A DNA stretch of 10,412 bases, taken from NCBI GenBank assembly GCA_937951415.1, contig CALFBW010000307.1, forward strand, positions 1 through 10,412, in the 5' to 3' direction. Below the pieces are notes generated by a model that saw nothing but the letters and a program-made list of their open reading frames with translations, was not told the origin of the DNA and did no database searches. The stretch comes from an uncultured Chitinophagales bacterium. Its GTDB lineage: Bacteria > Bacteroidota > Bacteroidia > Chitinophagales > UBA2359. Below are positions 1-7,433 of the stretch, piece after piece. Both the position numbers and the translations under genes were made by a program. Every line of letters starts with the position of its first letter. Position 1 is the first letter of the stretch.

Positions 1-102
1 GTAAAGGGAATAAAAAATCAAGAATTCAACAAAGGTGAAATCGCGGTTATTGTGGATCAACTAGAGGATAAAAAAATATTCTTAATCGACAATATCAAAT
101 AA
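1..102 (+). CDS. 3' end of an upstream gene (partial, 33 codons, stop TAA at 100-102). The product cannot be determined. The tail ...KGEIAVIVDQLEDKKIFLIDNIK* could fit the C-terminal beta-barrel of an NfeD-like flotillin partner, but this is speculative.
   Basis: Frame 1 is the only frame open from base 1 to the stop at 100-102. The composition is protein-like. The stop lies 26 bp upstream of the flotillin ATG on the same strand, which would suit an operon. No motif is long enough to assign a function. Confidence 0.35.
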   Translation, partial: VKGIKNQEFNKGEIAVIVDQLEDKKIFLIDNIK

Positions 103-128
103 AAAATAAATAAACAAAAGATATTCAA

Positions 129-2258
129 ATGAGCGGAACAATGTTAGGTTTAATAGCAGTAGGAATTTTACTTGTAATCATAGCAGGTCTCCTCTACTGG
201 CTTGCAGGTATGTACAAAAAAGTACCCCAAGGAGAAGTTATTGTAAAAACAGGTTCCGGAGGAACCAAAGTAATTACTACTGGAGGCTTCGTTTACCCAC
301 TACTTCATAAAATGGAGTTAATGGATATTCGAGTAAAGAAAATCGAAATATCCAGAATCGGAAAAGACGGCTTGATTTGTCAAGACAATATGCGGGCCGA
401 TATTAAAGTGGCCTTTTTCCTAAGGGTAAATGAGGACCCCGAAGACATTAAGAAGGTAGCTTCTACCATTGGTTGCGAGCGTGCTTCAGACATTGAAACA
501 CTAAATACACTTTTTGAAGCGAAATTTTCAGAAGCCTTGAAAACCGTAGGTAAACGTTTTGACTTTGTCGAACTTTACGATTCTCGAGAAAAATTCAAGC
601 GAGAAATTATCGACGTTATTGGTACAGATTTAAATGGTTATCGTTTGGATGACTGCGCGATTGACTACCTAGAACAAACACCATTGGAGTTCTTGAAAAA
701 AGACAACATTCTAGATGCCGAGGGTATTAAGAAAATTACGGAGTTAACTGCTGACCAAAACATGAAGGCGAATTTGATTCGTCGTGATGAAGAAAAAACA
801 ATTACGAAGCAAAATGTTGAGGCACGTGAAGCTATTCTGGAATTAGAAAAACAATTAGCGGAGCAAGAGCAAAAACAACAAAGAGAAATTGCTAACATTA
901 CGGCCAGGGAAGAAGCCCAGGTATTAAAGGTGAATGAAGAAGAACGTTTATTATCTGAAACCGCTCGCTTAGAAACGGAAGAGAAAATTCGAATTGCAGA
1001 AGAAAACATGGAGCGACAAGTAATTGTTGCAGCGAAAAATAAAGAACGAACGGAAGCCGTTGAAACGGAAAGAGTAGAAAAAGATCGTTTGTTAGAAGTT
1101 ACAGAAAGAGATCGCATTGTTACTTTGGCCGAAATCGAAAAAGAAAAAGCCATTGAAGAAGAGCGCAAGCAAATTCAAGATGTTATTCGCGATCGAGTGA
1201 TGGTGGAAAAAGGCGTGGTCGAAGAACAAGAAAAAATCAAAGATCTACAAGCCTTTAAAGAAGCGGATCGTCAAAAACAAGTAGCCATTACCAAAGCAGA
1301 GGAATTAGCAGAAGAGACTTTAGTACAAACCATAAAAGCTGCAGAAGCTTCTCGTCAAGCCGCAGAGTTTACAGCGAAGCAACGTATCATTGAAGCACAT
1401 GCTGCGGAAGAAGCTGCCACCAAAGAAGCGGAAGCTATCAAAATAATGGCAGAAGCGGAAGCAAAGAAATTTGCAGCACAAGGATTATCAGAAGCGGAGG
1501 TAAAGGAAGCAATGGCTACTGCCTTGAAGCACGAGGGAGAAGCCGAGGCTTCTATTATTGAAGCAAAAGCAGAGGCTGAAGCCAAAGGAATTGAAGCGAA
1601 GGCAATTGCTCAAGCACAAGCTGATCAGCAATTAGGATTGGCAGAAGCGAAAGTTATTGAGGCAAAAGCTAGCGCGATGCGCGAGCAAGGACTAAAAGAA
1701 GCCGAGGTAATTGAAGCACAAGCCAAAGCGGAAGCACAAGGAATTTCTGATAAAGCAGAAGCCATGAAACAATTGGACGGTGTTGGAAGAGATCACGAAG
1801 AGTTCAAATTGCGTTTGGAGAAAGACAAAGAAGTAGAAATGGAGCACATCAGAGTACACGAGCACATTGCAGAGGCACAAGCGAGAGTACTTTCAGAAGC
1901 CTTGAAAAGCGCGAAGATCGACATTGTTGGCGGTGAAGCTACCTTCTTTCAAAACATCATGGGAGCCATTTCACAAGGAAAGCAAATTGATCGTTTGATT
2001 GACAGCAGTGAAAATCTCCAAGATGTAAAAAGGGCCTTAATAAATAACGGAGATGCTAGCTTGATCGATTCGGTAAAAGCACTGATCGCCAAAGTAGGAT
2101 TAAGCTCAGAAGACATTAAGAATTTGTCGGTCTCTAGCCTAATTCTCAATCTGCAAGATGAGTTGACGAGTGACAAAGACAAGTCAACTTTGAAAAAGCT
2201 AAAAGCTGCCACCTTAGAGATGGGCATCGGAAATGCCTTGCTCAAGGACGTACTTTAA
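129..2258 (+). CDS. floT: Flotillin-family (FloT/YqiK-type) SPFH/Band-7 membrane scaffold protein, 709 aa
   Basis: ATG at 129 is the first start after an in-frame stop at 111-113. Residues about 5-27 (LGLIAVGILLVIIAGLLYWLAGM) form a single N-terminal transmembrane helix. The motif KKVPQGEVIVKTGSGG...ITTGGFVYPLL...MELMDIRVKKIEI and the rest of the SPFH core follow the FloT/YqiK pattern. A long, charged EA-rich coiled coil follows (AEAEAK, EAKAEAEAKGIEAK, QGLSEAEVKEA and QGLKEAEVIEA repeats), which is the hallmark flotillin EA-repeat domain. The C-terminal region (ATFFQNIMGAISQGKQIDRLI...) resembles the FloT tail. Stop TAA at 2256-2258. No Shine-Dalgarno sequence. Confidence 0.9.
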   Translation: MSGTMLGLIAVGILLVIIAGLLYWLAGMYKKVPQGEVIVKTGSGGTKVITTGGFVYPLLHKMELMDIRVKKIEISRIGKDGLICQDNMRADIKVAFFLRVNEDPEDIKKVASTIGCERASDIETLNTLFEAKFSEALKTVGKRFDFVELYDSREKFKREIIDVIGTDLNGYRLDDCAIDYLEQTPLEFLKKDNILDAEGIKKITELTADQNMKANLIRRDEEKTITKQNVEAREAILELEKQLAEQEQKQQREIANITAREEAQVLKVNEEERLLSETARLETEEKIRIAEENMERQVIVAAKNKERTEAVETERVEKDRLLEVTERDRIVTLAEIEKEKAIEEERKQIQDVIRDRVMVEKGVVEEQEKIKDLQAFKEADRQKQVAITKAEELAEETLVQTIKAAEASRQAAEFTAKQRIIEAHAAEEAATKEAEAIKIMAEAEAKKFAAQGLSEAEVKEAMATALKHEGEAEASIIEAKAEAEAKGIEAKAIAQAQADQQLGLAEAKVIEAKASAMREQGLKEAEVIEAQAKAEAQGISDKAEAMKQLDGVGRDHEEFKLRLEKDKEVEMEHIRVHEHIAEAQARVLSEALKSAKIDIVGGEATFFQNIMGAISQGKQIDRLIDSSENLQDVKRALINNGDASLIDSVKALIAKVGLSSEDIKNLSVSSLILNLQDELTSDKDKSTLKKLKAATLEMGIGNALLKDVL
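1400..1765 (+). repeat. Internal coding tandem repeats (Glu/Ala heptad-like EA repeats) within the flotillin coiled coil
   Basis: Peptide units recur: EAEAIKIMAEAEAKKFAAQGLSEAEVKEA, EAKAEAEAKGIEAKAIAQAQ, LAEAKVIEAKASAMREQGLKEAEVIEAQAKAEAQGI. At DNA level caaggattatcagaagcggaggtaaaggaagca (about 1480-1512) matches caaggactaaaagaagccgaggtaattgaagca (about 1686-1718), showing a roughly 200-nt internal duplication. This is low-complexity gaagc(g/a)gaagc sequence. Confidence 0.6.
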
Positions 2259-2266
2259 AGTAAAAA

Positions 2267-2320
2267 GGGCGAAACGCTAGAAGAATGGAATCCCAGCTCC
2301 TTTCGGAATGCGTTTCGCCT
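2267..2320 (+). terminator. GC-rich stem-loop in the flotillin-ATPase intergenic region: a putative intrinsic terminator or attenuator, or an RNA processing or stability element
   Basis: The 10-bp perfect inverted repeat ggcgaaacgc (2268-2277) pairs with gcgtttcgcc (2310-2319). A G-U pair at 2267/2320 extends it, and the loop is 32 nt. It starts 9 nt after the flotillin stop and is followed by a T-rich stretch, cattactcttcatttattattcg. The long loop and the lack of a clean U-tract make terminator strength uncertain. Confidence 0.35.
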
Positions 2321-2365
2321 ACATTACTCTTCATTTATTATTCGCCTTAAACAGACAGCATAAGC

Positions 2366-5300
2366 ATGGCCGACCAGCAGGATAGCGTTCAACTGGAACA
2401 GGGAAATTATGAGATTATACGCAAGCGCTTGCAGCAACATGGAAAAGTGTTGCAAGAGCGTTTGAATGCCCTAAACCTTGTTCGAAAGGAAGTTTTTGGA
2501 AACATCGAATTCAGTCTCAAATCAACCGACCGTATACAAACAGCAAACAATTGCCAAGCGGCAGATATTGTTGCCTTGGAAAAAATTTGCCTGTTCGGGT
2601 ACAATGTGCATATTGGTCTTCGTGCTGAAGTAAAAGTAGAAGATGTATTTAGTGCTTACGCATTCAATGGTGAACACTTCGATGCTGGCAGTATTGAATT
2701 CATAAAAAAACCAGAGTTTGATTCTGATTTCCAGAACCTATATCGTTATTATCGAAATACTGTTTTCCGCAGATTTATTTTGCAAAACGGTTTTCTCTAT
2801 ATGCTTTTCCAGACCAGTGACAAATCTTACGATCTCAAAGCCTTTAAATGGTTAATAAATGGCGACAGCCTTGACTATATTGACGACAGGAGCTTCCATG
2901 AAATAAAGGAAGCCCCGCAGCATGAGTTTCGTTGGAAAAAAGCAGGACATGAAAATTACCGAAAGGGTCGCTTTCCACATGTTTCCATATTAGATCGAGT
3001 ATTCGTAGAAACCACTGGTGGTGATTTGACCATAAAAATCGAAAACAATACGGACTCCGGGGAAGGTTTGTATGCCGAAGAAGTCGACCAAAAAGATCAA
3101 ACATTAGATGATGCAGAATTCGCTTATGCTGATTTGGGCAACCTCATTGCATTACGGATAAAACCTTATCAAGAAAAGGCACGCCATTATGTTTATAATG
3201 AAAAGGCGCAAGCGGTCCGGAGAATTGAGACCCTAAAAGATTCGGCTGTCCTGTTACCAGATAATCATGGAATACTTTTTCCCGATGGTTATTATTTGCA
3301 AACAGGAGATTTCAAACGCTTTGACCACGGCCTCAAAAATCTGCGGTTTGAAAGACGCATCTCTTCTCCCAACGGGGAAGACATTCTGTACGTTTTCCAT
3401 GATGAAGATCGCGACTATTTATTACTATCATACAATGTCATTAACCAAGAGATAGCCACCCCTATTTCCTGTAATGGATTCACCGTATTTGAAAAAGGGC
3501 AATTGTGTTATTTCAAGGCAGAAAATCAAGCCACGAAACATCACATGATCCAAATCTGGGATACTCCCTTTATGAAATTGGAGTTTCTCCCGCAGGGAAA
3601 TACCGACAATTATTTATTTAAAGTCGGAAACAAAGAGATCGTGAAAGGAATGGCAGAAAGTAATGAGCTGCTAGTTCTTTTGCAAAAGGACGACAGCTAT
3701 TCCATGCTCTACAGTGAATTGGTCAAGCGTTCGACCGATCTTGTAGATTCCTATTACTGGCTCGACCAGGAAGACGCTAAGCAATTGGCTGCTCCAATAA
3801 AAGAAATTCGGAATACGGCGAATGCTGCCATTGATGAATACGAAAAAGTTCGAAAACTACGAGCACAAGCACAGCATCAGATTCAGGAATTAAATGCAAG
3901 CTCTAAAGAACTATTCAAACGATGTAAATCCGGATACTTCGAATCCATTAACGACTTCGTGGAAGCCATAGCGGCTCTTCGAAAACTGCGCGGCTCTTTG
4001 ATATCTGCCAAAGAAACTCGATATATCAACATTGGTCAAATAGAAACACTAGAGGCCTCTACGGGTCAAATTACCGAAGAATTGAGTCAAAAGTGTGTGG
4101 CCTTTTTATTAAAAGAAGAGTCTCTTGCACCCTACGAAAAAAGAATAGCAGAAAGTAATGCAGCAATAAATAAATGCGAAACGGCCAAGCAATCGCAGGA
4201 GTTGCTAGAAAACTTCAATCAACTGGCGAGTGAATTGGAAATGCTGATTGAAGTAGTGAGTAATCTAAAAATCGAAGATGCTACACAAAGCACTCGAATC
4301 ATAGAACAGATTTCTGCGATCTTCGGCCAACTAAACAGTTCAAAAGCAAGACTCAAAAAGCACGAAAAGAGTTTACGTGGTACGGAAGCGGTAGCAGAGT
4401 TCGGCGCTCAATTAAAACTAGTTGATCAGGCGGTAGTGAGCTATTTGGATATTTGTGAAAGTCCGAAAAACTGCGAAGATTACTTGACCAGAGTAATGGT
4501 GCAATTGGAGGAGCTAGAAGGGCGCTTTGCCGATTACGAAGAGTTTACCGCACCACTCGCTGAAAAGCGCGAGGAGATTTACAGCATTTTCGAAACAAGG
4601 AAAATCGCCTTACTCGAAAAACAAAATCGACGTGCGACCAGTCTCGAATTAGCAGCCGACCGAATACTGAAAGGGATTTCTAATCGCAGTCTTCAATTAA
4701 AAGAAGTAGATGAAATAAACAGTTATTTCGCTTCTGATCTAATGATCGAAAAGACGCGAGAAATCATTCAACAACTGCGTGACCTCAACGACACGGTAAA
4801 AGCCGAAGACATTGAAAGCCGTCTAAAGGCAATCAAAGACGAAAGCATTCGCCAACAAAAGGATAAAAAGGATTTATTTGTAGAAGGAGAGGATGTAATA
4901 AAATTGGGTAAGCATAGATTCTATGTCAATACCCAATCGTTGGACCTGACTATAGTTCACAAAAATAAAGAACTCTTTTATCACATTACTGGAACCGCTT
5001 TTTTCGAACAAATCGAAGACGCAAGATTGCGTGAACTTCGCAACTATTGGGATTGGCAAATTCCTAGTGAAAACAAAAACGTTTATCGTGCAGAATTTCT
5101 GTCTTACCAGTTTTACCAGAAATGGAAAAACGATTTTGATTTACAAGAAGAGCTGTATTTATTAGAAGAAGAAAACCTTAAGAAACGACTTTTACGTGAA
5201 GTACAAATAATCATGGAACAAAAATTCCATGAGGGTTATTCGAAAGGAGTACATGATGTAGACGCCATAAAAATTTTACTGCCCTTACTCTCTTTGGCTA

Positions 5301-7243
5301 GAGAACTCAAGGTGCTTTCCTTTGCTCCACAACAGCGAAGTCTAGGAAGATTCTATTGGCAGTTTCATACAAATCCCAACAAAGAGAAATTAAAAGATCA
5401 AATAAAAGGGACAGGGTTACTTTTAAAAAGCTTTCCTAATGCACCTGCTGCCACAATCTTGATGGAACATTTAGGGAAAGAACTCAAGGCCTTTCAAGAA
5501 CAGGAAAAATTGTTACCAGAAGCCACTCCTAGATTATCTGCAGCTTATCTAATTGAAGAATTATCGAATGACGAAGAATTTCAATTAAGCCAGGAAAGCA
5601 TTCAATTGAAAAATGCATTCATAGCGCATTTAGATAAAAGGAAAGCTTTGCGAACATTCGCGAGGAGTCTAGCGAGTCTTGAGGCTCATCCTGCTGCTCA
5701 ATTTCAGTTATTGCATGAATGGCTAGAGGCATTTACGCAGCAAGAAGCAAAGAGCGAATGGAGCTTCTTCATTCCAGAAGCTGCTCTAGAAATTCAAAGC
5801 AGGAAATTTAAAAACTCTAAAGAAAATAGACAGCTTTCAGAAATTGTCATTTCGGATTTCCTAGGAGAACATCCTCAATTCGAGAACGGAGAATGGAAAG
5901 TTAATTTATCGAGCTTCCTAGATAAAATGCACCATTTCTCTACCTATGAATCTCCTAGGTTTACGGAGTACTTGGAATTAAAAAAGGCCTGCAATCGCAC
6001 AAGAAAAGAGGAGTTACGTTTGTCAGAATTCGAACCTAGAATATTAAGCTCCTTTGTCAGAAATCAACTAATCGACGAACTGTATTTACCCTTGTTTGGC
6101 GACAATTTAGCGAAACAAATCGGAACCGCAGGCAGTGATAAGCGAGCCGATAGAATGGGACTTCTCTTATTGATCTCCCCTCCTGGTTATGGTAAGACTA
6201 CCTTGATGGAATATGTCGCCAATCGCTTGGGATTAATCTTTGTGAAAATAAATGGGCCAGCCATTGGACACTCTGTTACGTCGATTGATCCATCGGCGGC
6301 TGATAATGCCGCGGCTAAAGAAGAATTACATCGCTTAAACCTAGCGCTGGAAATGGGTGATAATATCATGCTTTATCTAGATGATATTCAGCATTGTCAT
6401 CCAGAGTTTCTACAGAAGTTTATTTCTCTATGTGATGCCCAACGAAAAATAGAAGGTGTATTCAAGGGGAGAAGCAAGACCTATGATTTAAAAGGAAAAC
6501 GGGTCTGTGTTGTAATGGCTGGAAACCCTTATACGGAAAGCGGTGAAAAATTCCAGATTCCTGATATGTTGGCAAACCGTGCAGACATCTATAATTTAGG
6601 AGATATTATCGGCGACAACTTGGAAGCCTTCAAATTAAGTTATCTAGAAAATGCTGCCAGTTCTAATAGTAGTTTAGCTAGATTGGCTGGCAAGAATCGG
6701 GAGGATTTTATTGCTTTAATTAAAATTGCAGAAACCGGAAACAGGGATGCCAACGAATTAAAGGGCAATCATTTACCAGAGGAACTAGAAGAGTATTTAT
6801 CGGTAATAAAAAAGGCTTTAGCTGTTCGTGATGTGATTTTGAAAGTAAATCAAGCTTATATCAAATCCGCAGCACAAGCTGACGAATATCGTACAGAACC
6901 TCCGTTCCGTTTACAGGGCTCTTATCGTGATATGAATAAAATGATCGAAAAAATTGTCCCTATCATGAACGAGCGGGAATTGCAAAGCATGATCGTTTCG
7001 CATTATGAAAATGAGTCCCAAACGCTGACCAGTGGAGCAGAATCTAATTTCCTAAAATTCAAAGAGCTCCATGGAATTTTAGAAGGAGAAGAACTAAATA
7101 GATGGGAAGATATTAAAGCTACCTTCCAGCAGAAAAATAAAACGGGCAGCAGTCCTGAAGAACGAATGGCTCAGGTAATTTCGGAAATGCGTCAATATTC
7201 TCAAGAGATGTTGCAGATGATTGAAAAGAAATTGGATAAGTAG
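2366..7243 (+). CDS. Giant (1625 aa) soluble protein: N-terminal domain of unknown function, extended helical or coiled-coil region, and a C-proximal MoxR/McrB-clade AAA+ ATPase module
   Basis: The start is unambiguous: ATG at 2366 is the first start after an in-frame TAA at 2348-2350. The 4.9-kb ORF is uninterrupted and ends at TAG 7241-7243. No hydrophobic transmembrane segments are apparent. About 800 residues are rich in E/K/Q/L heptad-like sequence. The P-loop module carries Walker A LLLISPPGYGKTTL (GYGKTT at 6185-6202), Walker B IMLYLDDIQH (6371-6394), sensor-1 VCVVMAGNPY (6509-6532) and an Arg-finger-like FQIPDMLANRADI (about 6560-6589). This motif order and spacing match the AAA_3/AAA_5 (MoxR, McrB, CbbQ/NorQ) clade. 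Confidence 0.85.
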   Translation: MADQQDSVQLEQGNYEIIRKRLQQHGKVLQERLNALNLVRKEVFGNIEFSLKSTDRIQTANNCQAADIVALEKICLFGYNVHIGLRAEVKVEDVFSAYAFNGEHFDAGSIEFIKKPEFDSDFQNLYRYYRNTVFRRFILQNGFLYMLFQTSDKSYDLKAFKWLINGDSLDYIDDRSFHEIKEAPQHEFRWKKAGHENYRKGRFPHVSILDRVFVETTGGDLTIKIENNTDSGEGLYAEEVDQKDQTLDDAEFAYADLGNLIALRIKPYQEKARHYVYNEKAQAVRRIETLKDSAVLLPDNHGILFPDGYYLQTGDFKRFDHGLKNLRFERRISSPNGEDILYVFHDEDRDYLLLSYNVINQEIATPISCNGFTVFEKGQLCYFKAENQATKHHMIQIWDTPFMKLEFLPQGNTDNYLFKVGNKEIVKGMAESNELLVLLQKDDSYSMLYSELVKRSTDLVDSYYWLDQEDAKQLAAPIKEIRNTANAAIDEYEKVRKLRAQAQHQIQELNASSKELFKRCKSGYFESINDFVEAIAALRKLRGSLISAKETRYINIGQIETLEASTGQITEELSQKCVAFLLKEESLAPYEKRIAESNAAINKCETAKQSQELLENFNQLASELEMLIEVVSNLKIEDATQSTRIIEQISAIFGQLNSSKARLKKHEKSLRGTEAVAEFGAQLKLVDQAVVSYLDICESPKNCEDYLTRVMVQLEELEGRFADYEEFTAPLAEKREEIYSIFETRKIALLEKQNRRATSLELAADRILKGISNRSLQLKEVDEINSYFASDLMIEKTREIIQQLRDLNDTVKAEDIESRLKAIKDESIRQQKDKKDLFVEGEDVIKLGKHRFYVNTQSLDLTIVHKNKELFYHITGTAFFEQIEDARLRELRNYWDWQIPSENKNVYRAEFLSYQFYQKWKNDFDLQEELYLLEEENLKKRLLREVQIIMEQKFHEGYSKGVHDVDAIKILLPLLSLARELKVLSFAPQQRSLGRFYWQFHTNPNKEKLKDQIKGTGLLLKSFPNAPAATILMEHLGKELKAFQEQEKLLPEATPRLSAAYLIEELSNDEEFQLSQESIQLKNAFIAHLDKRKALRTFARSLASLEAHPAAQFQLLHEWLEAFTQQEAKSEWSFFIPEAALEIQSRKFKNSKENRQLSEIVISDFLGEHPQFENGEWKVNLSSFLDKMHHFSTYESPRFTEYLELKKACNRTRKEELRLSEFEPRILSSFVRNQLIDELYLPLFGDNLAKQIGTAGSDKRADRMGLLLLISPPGYGKTTLMEYVANRLGLIFVKINGPAIGHSVTSIDPSAADNAAAKEELHRLNLALEMGDNIMLYLDDIQHCHPEFLQKFISLCDAQRKIEGVFKGRSKTYDLKGKRVCVVMAGNPYTESGEKFQIPDMLANRADIYNLGDIIGDNLEAFKLSYLENAASSNSSLARLAGKNREDFIALIKIAETGNRDANELKGNHLPEELEEYLSVIKKALAVRDVILKVNQAYIKSAAQADEYRTEPPFRLQGSYRDMNKMIEKIVPIMNERELQSMIVSHYENESQTLTSGAESNFLKFKELHGILEGEELNRWEDIKATFQQKNKTGSSPEERMAQVISEMRQYSQEMLQMIEKKLDK
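6143..6640 (+). other. AAA+ P-loop NTPase domain (MoxR/McrB-like) within the giant protein, about residues 1260-1425
   Basis: It has the Walker A GYGKTT, a Walker B hhhhDD (DDIQH, where the canonical form is DEINR), sensor-1 AGNPY (MoxR has ATQNP) and ANR (MoxR has LDRF), in the expected order and spacing. Confidence 0.7.
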
Positions 7244-7433
7244 ATAATAAATTATTTATTCGCCCTTGTATTGAACAAGATTCATAAGTTGATTAAGATG
7301 CGCAATATTTGATATTCCTAGCTTAGAGAATCAGATCAATATTGTTTGTTCACGTATGAGTATATGGAGAAACCCGAGTACTGGATGCAAGAAATAGTTT
7401 TATGTCTTGTTCTTTCATTAAGGAAAACCCTAG

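Noticed and set aside
665-2245. Minus-strand ORFs of 62-167 aa (665-1168, 1355-1585, 1692-1880, 1949-2245) lying inside the flotillin gene
   Set aside because: They sit entirely antisense to a well-supported CDS. Their Ser/Ala/Phe-rich low-complexity translations are the mirror image of the EA-repeat codons. They are shadow ORFs.
3937-3946. cttcgaatcc, which resembles a tRNA T-arm (GTTCGAATC) motif
   Set aside because: It lies in frame within the giant CDS (it encodes ...YFESIN...). No acceptor, D-arm or anticodon-arm structure surrounds it.
2407-6369. Small ORFs inside or antisense to the giant gene (2407-2604 -, 2844-3104 -, 3267-3455 +, 4874-5059 -, 6187-6369 -)
   Set aside because: They are embedded in a continuous 4.9-kb ORF with coherent motif content. 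They are short, with no independent start context or conservation signal. They are likely spurious.
7265-7279. A small hairpin, cttgt-attga-acaag, just after the giant gene stop, as a candidate intrinsic terminator
   Set aside because: The stem is only 5 bp and AT-rich, with no following U-tract. It is too weak to call. The same applies to gtttt...aaaac at 7397-7428 downstream of the desaturase.
7303-7344. An imperfect inverted repeat, caatatttgat ... atcaatattg, in the convergent intergenic region
   Set aside because: It is short and AT-rich with a one-base asymmetry. No coding feature or obvious terminator geometry is associated with it, so it could be chance in AT-rich DNA.
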